DNA from: Vicugna vicugna
Taxonomy: Eukaryota
Length of the DNA stretch: 64,000 nucleotides
NCBI GenBank assembly: GCA_013265495.1
Contig: MU057584.1
Span: 474,608-538,607, forward strand
Direction of reading: 5' to 3'
Both the position numbers and the translations under genes were made by a program. Positions 22,872 through 34,100 of the stretch are shown here, piece by piece; position 1 is the stretch's first letter, and each line of letters opens with the position of its first letter. Under the pieces are notes generated by a model. The model was given only the letters and a program-made list of their open reading frames with translations, ran no database searches and was not told the origin of the DNA.

Positions 22872-23655
22872 ATGGGTACCCGATACTTCCTAGCCCTGTT
22901 TCTCATCCTCCTGGTGTTGGGATTCAGTGAGTATGGTCAGGAGGGGAGGAGAGGATGTGAGGAGGAGGATGAGCCCCAATCATCTTCCCAGCCCAGTCTT
23001 GTCTGGCCCTGTGCCTGCCCATTCCTTTTCTTCTCCACCTCGTTCTCCCATTGCTGGAGACCCGTCAGCACCCTAAACACACTTTCCTCTTGCAGAGGTC
23101 CAGGGGGTCGCTATGGCCCAGGAAGATGAGGCTGACAGCCCTGGCCTGCTCACCCGGATGCAGGAATCACTCTTCAGTTACTGGGATACGGCCAAGGCAG
23201 CTGCCCAGGACCTGTACCAGAAGACATACCTGCCCACCATGGATGAGAAAATCAGGTATCACCTGCCTCCCACTCTCACCCCAGGAACCCGGAGTCCCAG
23301 CCCCCGGCCCCTTCTCCCTCAGACTCAGAAGTTCAGGTTCACATCTATACTCTCTCAAGGACCAGGTATCTCAGCTCCTAGCCCCTGGCCCCACTGGAAC
23401 ATGGGGTTCTGAGATCCCAGCCTAGGGATACAGGAATTTGGGTTCCAGCTGCTTTTCCCCACAGGACACATGATTCTGGTTCCCAGGCCCCTCCTCCTCC
23501 CTCAGGCCTAGGAGTCCACACCCCCAGCCCCTCCTCCCTCAGCATCTCTGTCCTTTCTCCTCAGGGACATGTACAACAAAAGCACGGCAGCTGTGACCAC
23601 CTACGCAGGGATTTTTACTGACCAGCTCTTTTCTCTGCTGAAGGGAGACCAGTAA
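22872..23655 (+). CDS. APOC2: Apolipoprotein C-II, 101 aa (coding exons 22872-22926, 23096-23255, 23565-23655), intact
   Basis: [101 protein letters not shown]. The LPL-activating C-terminal helix (Y..IFTDQ) is present; AATAAA at 23784. Confidence 0.97.
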
Positions 23656-24389
23656 CAGCTGGGCCCCCAATAGTGGGGCAGGGCAAATCCAGACCCCTGC
23701 CACCCCTGGGCTCCCCTGATCTACCCTCATACTTCCTAGAAGCTCTGAGCATCCTGCTCCCAACTCTAGCTTGACTTCTTATCAATAAAAAGAAAAAAAA
23801 AGCTAAGTTTATTCTTTTCCACGTGCTTGCTTTTCTGAGACCTCAGGAGCTAAGATGGAGGGACTGATTCCATTCAGCCAACATTTATTGAATCCCTGTT
23901 CTATGTATATATATGTATATGGTCAGTGGGAATAAAGAGGTGACTAAAAATAATGAATAATCGTAACAACAATAATTAGAGACTTTGCTTCACTAAGGTC
24001 TAGCTTTCTCATTTGTAAAATGACAAATAGACACAGCTAATCTGCAGTGGCCTCTGGCAGTGTCTGGGTCCTGGGCTGACATTTTAAATATGCCATCGTA
24101 GAGAGGTGTCCAATGGTCCTGTGGCTGAGGGGAGACCGGTGCCCACGAGTCATTGCTGAGGATAGGAATGCAGTGCCCAGGTTGGCTGGGACCCAAGAGG
24201 ACAGACCTATAACAGGTGTGCTCTGTGACAATTCCCATACATTTGTCCCACATGGATTTACAGGGAAAAGACAGACAGTCCTGCCTTCAGGTGGCCCCTC
24301 AAAAAGATAGTGTTTTGGTCCTAACCCCAATTACATACTGCTTTATTGATTACAGCTCTATGGTGTGTTTTTTTTTAGCTGTTCTCTTA

Positions 24390-24620
24390 TTTTTTTAAAT
24401 ATTTAAAAAATTTATTTTCTATTAAAGTATAGTTGACTTACAATGTTGTGTTAGTTTCTGGTGTACAGCATAGTGATTCAGTTATACAGATACATTCTTT
24501 TTCATATCCTTTATCATTATAGATTATTACAAGATATTGAATAATCCCTGTGCTATACAGTAGAATCTTGTTGTTTATCTATTTTAAATGTAGTAGTTAG
24601 TATCTGCAAATCCCAATAGC
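24390..24620 (-). mobile_element. L1 3'-end fragment
   Basis: TTATTTTCTATTAAAGTATAGTTGACTTACAATGTTGTGTTAGTTTCTGGTGTACAGCATAGTGATTCAG, a laurasiatherian L1 tail in antisense. Confidence 0.7.
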
Positions 24621-26999
24621 GTTCTCTTCTTACTAGCAATAAAAATAACATTTCCTGAGCTCCTATTCAGGCCAGGAGCTCTGGTCCATCCTGAGGCCAC
24701 AGAGAGGCTGTGGCGGAAGGGAGGCGGAGGATGCCCAAGACGACCCCTGGAGAAGATAACTTCCGACAACAAGGCAGGCAGTGAAGAAAAGGAGAGGAAG
24801 TGAGGCGTTCAAGACCTGGGTGAGGCTACTTCAGATAGGTAGTGGATTCAGGCACAGGGAGGGCCCTCTAGGGGACCGGGCTGGGCTGATCACAGGGGAT
24901 GCATCACCATGCAGTTGTGGATGGAGAGTAAGGGGAGGGGTGGGGAGCACTCACTTGGCTCCCCCTTCCCTGGTCTGAGTGGTTGGAAGAGGGTATCTGG
25001 GCAGTGGGAAACAGCAGGCTAAAAGCATAGGATGTACAAAGGTAAGCAGAGGATCTCCAGTTTGAGAGAGGATAGTGCTGTGGCCCATAGGTAGAGGGGC
25101 TGAGTACCGACTTCTAGATCTGAAGGGAGTAGAGGGTGGTCCTGGGCCCCCAAGTCTTATGGGTGGGGCTATTGGCCTCTGAGGATTCAGGGCCTGCATT
25201 TATACTAATCAGCTTGGCATTAAATTCCGGTCAGCCTGTCAGCACTCTTGGGGCAGTTTTTCCAGGTCCTGAGACTGGGCAGCTGTGAGTCTAATAGAAA
25301 ACAGGGGCCTTGGGGAGGGGCTGTGGGAAATGCCCCCAAGTCCCCAGGGCCTGGGAAGAGCTGAGGCTGCCAAGCCCAGGGGGGGATAACAAGGGGGGGA
25401 TCCTGGAGGAACAATCCCTGCTCTGTCCACTTGTTTCCCACAGACTCTAGCCAAACTAAACCACTGCCCAGGCCAGTTCTGCTTCCAACCAATCCTGGTG
25501 TCCTTCCCCGACTCCTCCTTCCCATCTCAGGCCCCCACCCCAGTCCCACTCCCTTCAGGACTCCAGGAGTCCAGGCCCCAGACTCTTCCAATCCCAGAAT
25601 TCAGGACCCCCAATCCATTGTCCTCAGGACCCGAAAGTTCAGGTCCCCAGCCTCCTACTCCCTTAGAACCTGAAATCGCAGCCTCTGGTTAGTATTGGGC
25701 GTCCCCTAGTGGAGCGCAAACTGGGCCTGGCCTGTGATTCGCTTATCAATAGGAATGGAAGAATTTATTTGGTCATTCAACAGACTTGGGGGAGGGCTTT
25801 ATAAGGGCCTAGTCTGAGGTCACAGTCTAAGAGCCTCTCATGCTCCAACAGATCAGGACTCTGAAGTATATGAGGGAGGACACTGGGGCATTTTGTACCT
25901 AGAGCTGAGAGCAGAGATGGGGTAACAGTCAAACTGGAGATTAAGTTTCAAAGCCTCTCACTTGCCTGGGCTTTCTGTGGTTCTCTATTTAAATCTGTAC
26001 ATGTAATTTTGTACTTTTTAAAAAGAGGCCCACAAAATCTCAATCTGCCCGTCTTCTGGGAGATTTAATCAGTATGTTCATTTCATCTCTAGACTTGAAG
26101 ACTGGGCCTACAACTTCACAGAATTGTTATTACTATCACTGTTGTCTGTAAGTGAAGGGGATCTGGCAAGAAGTTTTCTAAGATTCCTTCTTGTCCTTGT
26201 GTCGGTCCTCAGGGGAAAGGTCATTCATCTTCTCCACTCAGAGTTTCATCCTTTCACTCAGCAATCACGCCCTGAGACAAAGCAGTGCCCATAACCAAGA
26301 CACACCCATCTGGGTCAGTAATGACACAAAGTGGGCAGGGATGGGGTGGGGAAGTTCAAGGATCCAGAAGGACTGCGATATGGTGCCCCGCCCAGCCTGG
26401 AGACCCGGGAGGGCTTCCTGGAAAAGGCGATAATACTATTGAGCTGAGACCTCAAGGAAAGTAAAGGATGTAGATAGCAAATGATAAATAAATAATGAGA
26501 CTATCCCAATGCAAAGCCTGCTCTCCTTTCCAGGTAATATGTAAAGCTCATGAAAACAGCACATGATGTTGATCACTTACTAAGCAGGAGGCCCAGGGCC
26601 AGGTGCTTTACATTCCTATCTCACTGGGTCTTCTCAAGAACACGGCAGGGCAAAGAGGGAGGACAGCGGGTACCACTGTAATGTCTAGTTTATACAAGAG
26701 GAAGAAAATGAGGGCCAAAGAAATGAAGATCCTTTGTCCGTGATCATTTCGCCGATGAGTAGCACAACCAGGATTTAAACCCAGTTCAGACTTTCACTCA
26801 ATTCATTGGTGAAGGTTTAACAGCCGCTGAGTCTTCTCTCTGGGCCTCTTTCACTTCCTCCCCGGGCCAAGGATCCCTCAACACGTGTCCAGGCTAGAGC
26901 TGTAGGAAAATAGCTAATGAAAAAGACTGGAGCTTCTTTCTAGAGCCCTTGAAGCTGAGCCCACAGCTGCGAAGCTATCTAGAAAGCAAAAGACCACTA

Positions 27000-28120
27000 A
27001 GGCAACGCGCATGCGCATTAAACTAAGCCCTGAAGGCTTAGGGAGGGGCTGACAGGGTCCAATTTGGAAGTGTGGTGGCGTGAGGACGCTGAAAGAGTAA
27101 CTAAACGCACAGGATTATAACCTAGGGACACCTGTCGGAGAAAACGGCTGAGGTAAGAAGAGGGGTCAGAAAACGAGGCCCTTGACCGAGGGCCCTGCTC
27201 TCCGAGCTTGCGTACGGAAGCCAGGAAGGTTCCTTTAACGCAGGTGGGGAGTGGTTCCAGCGGAGCATCTTGAAGCGCTACAGTGGCCGGGAAGACTCAA
27301 GCAACTTGGAACAGAAAGGACTCAGAATCGGCGGGGCGAAGAGGACAGGATGACCCAGAATGCTCATATAACTGGAAGCAGCGGGTTTATTGAGAGGGCA
27401 GAAAGAATAGAGACTGTGGGAAGCGCGTTGGCCAAGAAAGCTCCGGGAGTCCGGGGCACGCAGCGTGTCTACTAGGTGTAAACAAGGGCCAGCAAAGAGA
27501 GGAGGACTACGGTGGCCTGGTTGGTCCTTTCTTGGCCGGAAGCGGCTCCCGAGAGGCGTGGCTAAGGCGTTCTTGCCGGATATGGTAGCCGGCTGGTTGG
27601 GCCTATTGTGAAATCTCGCGCGATCGCGCTGGTGCCGTCGGGGACGGGGCGGGGTTGGCGGCGGGGGCGGGGACCCGGAGCGGGAAGATGGCGGCGGCGC
27701 AGGAGGCGGACGGGGCCGGCAGCGCCGTAGTGGCGGCCGGGGGAGGCGGCTCCGGTCAGGTACGGAGGCCGAGAGGGGCCTGAGGGGTTCTTCCCCACCC
27801 GGGGGGCCTCCCACGGGGCGTGTCCTGCTTTTTCTTAGGGAATCTGGTGCACTGGGGGCTCCTTGCCCAGAGGGACCTTGAATACCGGGCCCAGGCGGGG
27901 CCAGGCGGCCCGGGAAGCCGGACAGTTCGGGGAACGGGGCCCTGTTGCGCGCTGGGTCCCCTGCACGCTCGCGCCGGGCGGCCACCAGGCTTGTTGTTCG
28001 AACCGAGGAGACAGTGGTGCGGAGGAGCGCAGACTGGTACCCAGGCACCCTGGGTTCTCGACTCCTCGATTCCAGGTTCCAAGACTGTTCCTAGAGTGGG
28101 CTGGCGTTCACGGCGTCTTT
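27000..28120. promoter_or_regulatory. CLPTM1: CpG-island promoter of CLPTM1
   Basis: High CpG density. NRF1-type GCGCATGCGC at 27007, ETS CCGGAAG at ~27536, BANP/ZBTB33-like TCTCGCGCGA at 27614, GC boxes, and YY1-like AAGATGGCGG overlapping the ATG. Confidence 0.8.
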
Positions 28121-31100
28121 TTCTCAGTGCCCAACATATGGGTAATGATTGATTAATGGGGAGTTTTCTAACTCTGTGAAGTCAGATAATCATTGTGGGT
28201 AAGGGCACGCGCTGTAGAGGCTGACAGACCCATTTTACGGACAAGAGTCCAAAGAACAGACTGAGGCGCTTGTAGAAGGTCACCCAGGTTAGGTTTGGGA
28301 CCCAGTTCCTGTAGAACTTACCAGACATAGCTAAAGCAGGGTGGCTGGAACTGAGATGGGTGTGCTTTCAGCATAAATTAGTTCCGCAGGGGAATTAATC
28401 CTGGTTCTGAAGACTTCTGACCCATTGCCACCTCAGCTAAACTGAGGCTGTAGAACATATTAGTTCAGGCAGCCACCCTTCAGACGTTTAGGGAATCGAT
28501 GAAGTGACAGACAGCGAGGTTTTGCCGACCCACCCACTGGGATGTCACTGACATGTAGGAGGCAGCACAGGGAAAAGAAGTGTAGGTTTGTGGGGAGAGC
28601 GAAACTGACTCTCTCTGTGACCTTGGGCGAGTTCCTGTCCCACTTTGGGCCTTCATTTTTCCGGGGTGAATGAAGGGGTTGGACCACAGAGATGGCTCCA
28701 GCCGTGTCCCTTCCTTCATCAGTGGAGTGGAAGAGAAGACTGGTGTGTAAAGAGAGAATTATAATCCTGGATGACAATGGTGGTGACAAAAAATCTGTCC
28801 GGGACTGGGGGAGACCAGAGGAGAGGCGAATTATAGCACCTGGGGAGGACACCAGTATATTTGTGTCACAGAGCCAACATTCCTGGTCTGGATCTTTTCA
28901 GCATCTTCAAGCAGGGCCTGGCCTGGGGGCAACCTGAGGAAATGTTTGTTGAGTTAGGGCCAGAATGAAGACCAAGTCCCTGTCTCCAGGGGCTTCCCAG
29001 TCTTGCTGAAAGTTCTTTCCCCCTCTGAATTTCTCTTGACTACTGGGTAGGGGGTGATTAGAGAGACTAAGGCTCCCACTGCCCTGGCTGCTCTGAGCTT
29101 ACAGAGACCCACCCCTCTAAATCCCCTCTGGTCCCACTCCTGCTTAAAACCTTTCAAGACTTACTCCTTTGCTTTCAGGATTAAGTACAAATTCTTTGGC
29201 AGATCAAGGCTTTGCATGACCTGCCTTTTTTCTTCAGACTTGACTAGGATTTTTCAACCTCAGCACCATTCACATTTGGGGTTGGATAATGCTTCATTGC
29301 GGGGGGCTGACCTGTGTGTTGTGGGATGTTTAGCAGCATTCTTGACGTTTACACACTAGATAGCATAGCAGTAGCCCCTCCCCAGTTGTGACACCTAAAA
29401 ATGGCTCCAGACATTGCTGAGGTCCCCCTGGGGAAGGCAAAATTGTCCCTGTTTGAGAACCACTAGACAAGAGGCGCATCAGCTACTGTGAAGCTGTTAC
29501 TTCCAGGAGTGTGCCTCAGTCTCTCTCCTCGTAGCCTCTGCACATGTTTCTCCCCTCTTTACCTGGCCAATCCTGTACGTCTCAGATGCTCTCTCCCCTG
29601 GGAAGCCTCTCAGATGTGGTCAGAGCCCCAGCAGTCCCTGGGCACCCCTGTGCCAGCCCTGCCCCCCTGGGTTTTCACTCTGTCTCCTCCAGTGGACTGT
29701 GAGTCTCTGGAGGACATAGCCGGAACTGGCTTGGTCACCACTGTGTCCCCAGCACTGCCCAGCTCAGGACCAGACCCAGAGCAGATGCTCAGCATTTGTG
29801 GAATGAGCAGTCTTGAGGCAGAGGCTGTGCTGAGGTGGATGCCCGTGGTGGATCCAGGCAGGCAGTGAGGATGCCCCGACTTTCTCCCAGCTCCCGCCCA
29901 GCCTCATGATCTCAGCTGCTTCCTGGGCCCCTTAGTGGGTGTTCCTGGGGATTGTGTGTGAGACTGGGCATGCGGGTCCAAGAACAGGAACTATGTCTTA
30001 GTCACTACTGTGTCCACAGCCACCACCACCCTCCCCTGGCCCGTGGGGCCTGGCCCAGAGCAAGTGGACTCTCAGCAGTCTTCTGCTCCGGCCAGCCGGC
30101 CCCTCGCTCGGCCAGAGGCTCAAACACAGGGCCCACAGCTCTACTCATTGTTCCTTCAGCTAACGTTAAGTCCCCACTCCGTGCTAGGCCCCGTGCAGAT
30201 GTTGGGGATGCAGCTGCGACCCAGACGGAGACCCTGCCCTCTTGGATCTCCTGTATTTGTTGAGCGCTGGGTGTTGGGCAGGGGTGCCTGGGACAGGGAC
30301 AGTGAACACAGTAAATAAAGAAAACATACTGGGTCAGGTGGTGATAAGTGCCCTGGACAGGACTAAAGCTGGGGAGGAGCATAGGAAGGGAGGTCTGGGT
30401 CGTAGGGTTGCAGTTTAAATTGGGTAGTTTGGGAAGGGCTCTTTGAAGAGATGACATTTGAACAAAGACCTGAAGGAGATGAGGAGGGTAGCACACAGAT
30501 ACATTGGGAGAACGCCTTTCAGGAAAAGAGAACGAGTGCAAAGGCCCTGAGGTGGGAGGTGCCTGGTGTGATGCGGGAACAGTGAGGAGGCTGGTGCGGC
30601 TGGAGCCGGTGTCTGCAGGGAGAGGGGTGAGAACAAACAGCCATGGAAGGGGCTTGAAAGTGCCAGGCCCTGGGGGTCATGGTGACAACTTTGCCATTAC
30701 TCTGAGGAAACTGGGAACCACGGGAGAGTTGCCATTTTATTGAGGTCTAGTTTAGATGCTGTCACATTCACCTGTGGTCAGTGTAGAGTTAGTTCAGTGG
30801 CTTTCAGTACATGTCTGCAGTTGTTCAGTGGAACCAGCAGCTCAGTCTGGTCTGAGAACATTTCCATCCCCTTAAAACGTTCCCTTGTCCCCTTTTGCAG
30901 TTACTCTGCCCCCAGCAGTGTTCCTTTTTGTTGCTAACTAGTATTCCATTGCACAGATACATCACAGGTCATTCATCAGAAGACCTTTGGGTTGTTTCTG
31001 GGCTTAGGAAAATCACTGCTGTGAATAGTTGCGTATAAGCTTCTGTGTCGATGCGTGTTCTCATTTCTCTCCGGTAGAGACCTAGGAGTGCGGTTGCTAG

Positions 31101-34100
31101 TTTGAATGGCAGGTGCACGCTTAGCTTTTTACGCAGCTGCCATATTTTTCAAAGCAGCAGCTCCCTTTTCCCCACCAGCAGTGTACTGCTGTGCTAACTT
31201 TGCACGTCCTCGGCGGCACTTGTGACCGTCCCTCTTTTTGATTACGGCCATCCCTGTGAAGTGGCACCTCATTGTGGTTTTCCTTTGCATTTCCCTGGGA
31301 GGGTTTCCAGCCAGCTTGTCCACCATTGTGGGTAAGAAAACAGACCTGGGAGCCAACCAGACATGGGTTCAAATCCTGGCCTGGCCTCAAGCTTCCTTTT
31401 TTTTGACTCAGAATCAACTCAGATTTGCTAGAAACCCTCACTTGGCTCCTTGGTGCTCCCAGGAGCAAGGTCAGCTGAGCTAGAGGACCCGGTGCCTATT
31501 TGCCCTCTCACCCCCGCTGAGCCAACCCCTTACCCACACCTTTTCTCTCCCTCAGACACCCTTCACCCGGACACCAGAGGCGGCTCCTCCGGAGGCCCCC
31601 GTAACCACGTGACCCGAGGCGGGTCCCTTGCCATCACCACTCCTGCCTGTTTCCTCCGGAGCGCTTTCCCGTTTACCATTATTCACTGTCCTGTTCACTG
31701 TTCTGCCGGTGTGTTTCCCTCTAGACCCGGAGCTCTGAGGGAAGAGGGCCCTGAGCTGTGTGGCCACCACCGATCCTACCGCCCAACACTGGGCCTGGCC
31801 TACAGTGGGTGCTCAGGAATACTTTTTTTTGACACACGAAGGAAATCTTTTCTGCCCTAAACGTACCAATATTATCACAGCCTGGCCCTTGGGTCAAAGA
31901 GGTGAAGGATCAGAGAGGGGAAGGGACACGCCCGAGACCTCACAGCCAGACCTATGGAACCAGCCCGCAGCCTAGGTCTGTCAAGCTCCAGAGCCCCCGC
32001 CTTGCACCACAGGGCTGTCCTGAACTTTGGGAGACGAAAGAGCTCTTGCTAGTGAAGGGGACAGGAAGTGACAAGTGATGTTTAACAAATGCTGGCCTCA
32101 GCTTCGTGGCAGCCTCATCTGGCCAGGGGTGCCTCTGTCCCTGCTCTTGGGGGCATTCGAAGCTGACAGGAAGACGCTGCAGAGGAGTGGGCCTGGAGTG
32201 GGACTTGGGGGACCATGGGAGGCCCAGGAGTGGGTAGATTTGGGTGGCCTGGGTGTTCAGGGCAGGCTGTTCAGGAAACATTTGTTGATTTATCGAGCCC
32301 CTACTCTGCCAGCCCTGTGCTGGGCAGTGCTCCCACCTAACAGCGATCATGACAGTTCTGGTCCTGCCTCTTAAAAGCTGAGGGCTGATGGGCCAGCCGG
32401 TAGGAGGGAAGAGGGCAGGACAGGACTGGCCAGCCAGCAGGTGCAGAGAGAGGGGCCCCATCTTGGGCCCTTTCAGCCTGACCTCATGAAATTCTCTGCC
32501 TCTGAGCTTCTGTTTCTGAGTGAAGGTTCTTTCCCTTGGAGTCCCTGCCTGACTCCCTGGCTGCTCACCCCTTATCTAGCTGCTGTCGTCCTTCCTGAGT
32601 GACCCAGACAAGTGCCTGAGGCTCCCTGAGCCTCCCTTTGCCCGGCTGCCAAATGGAGCTGAGCGTGGTTCTGACCTCACTGGGTGGTGTGTGCCGCATG
32701 CATGTCGCTCTCCTCCGGCATGGCTCACGGTGGCGTGGCTCACTGTCTGGTTGTGTTTTTCTGTGTCTGTCTCACCTGCTGGATCCAGAGCCTCTGGAGG
32801 GATGGGCCCCACACAGAACCGGCCACAGAGGAGGCCTCAACAACTGTTTGCCTGGGGAAGGACCTTTCAGATAAACCCAAGCCTTGAAGACTCTGACACC
32901 CGCCATGCGACCGCTTCTGCATTACCCCAGTAGCCACCTCCTTGTATCCTGGGCTCCAGCCCCAAGGAGCACTGGACGGTTCTCAGAGTCAGGCTGTGTC
33001 TCTCTGCACCGGCCAGCTTGTTATGATTTAGGCCTCAGCTCTCCTCCTCCAGGATCCCTGCCTGACCCCCAGGCAGGGCCAGGCGTCCCCTCTGTGCTCT
33101 GCCCCGTGTGGGGGCCCTGGTGCCTCAGGTTGCCTCCTCACCTGACCTCTGTCCCTGCAGGTGACCAGCAATGGCAGCATTGGGAGGGACACGCCGGCAG
33201 AGACCCAGCCCCAGAACCCACCACCCCAGCCGGCACCCAACGCCTGGCAGGTCATCAAAGGCGTGCTGTTCAGGTAAGCAGATGCGGCTTTGGTTTTGCT
33301 CGTTGAAAAAAGTTCAAAAAGAAAAGCATAAAGAGGAAAACAGAGAATCACTGAGGATGACCATCATTACTATATTGATGCAAATCCTTTTTATCTTCTC
33401 ACAGTTCTGGAGGCTAGAAGTCTGATTTGAAGGTGTCAGCGTGTCTGGTTTCCTCTGAGGCTTCTCTCCTTGGCTTGTAGATAACCGTCTTCCTGAGTCT
33501 TCACGTGGTCTTTCCTCTGTGTGTGTCTGTGTTCTAATCTCTCCCTGTATGAGCAGTCATATTGGATGAGGGCCCACCCTAAGTAATGACCTCACTTAGT
33601 CTTAATTACCTCCTTAAAGGCCCTGTCCTGTCTGCAAAGAGTCACTAAGATACTGAGGGTTGGGGCTTCCTCACATGAATTTGGGGGAGGTGGGGGAAAC
33701 AAGCTAGCCATAATACATACTCTACATAAAATTCACCATTTTAACTATTCTTAAGTGTACTATTCGGTGGCATTAAATATATTGACATTATTGTGCAACG
33801 TCACACCATCCGTCACCAGAACTTTTTCATCTTCCCCAAACTGAAACTCTGTCCCTATTCAACACTAACTCCCATTTCGCCCTCCCTCAGCCCTGGCAGC
33901 CACCATTATACCTCTGTTTCTCTGAACTTGGCTGCTTTCAGTGCCTTGTGTAAGTGGAGTCATATTGTCTGTCCTTTTAAGACTGACTGGGGATGATCCC
34001 TTTACCTGTGGATTCATGTGACCATTCCTGGGCAGTGGGAGCACAGGGCTGGCCTTCTGGAAGCCTGGCCTCTGACTGAGAGGCCCTGGGGACCTGTTGG

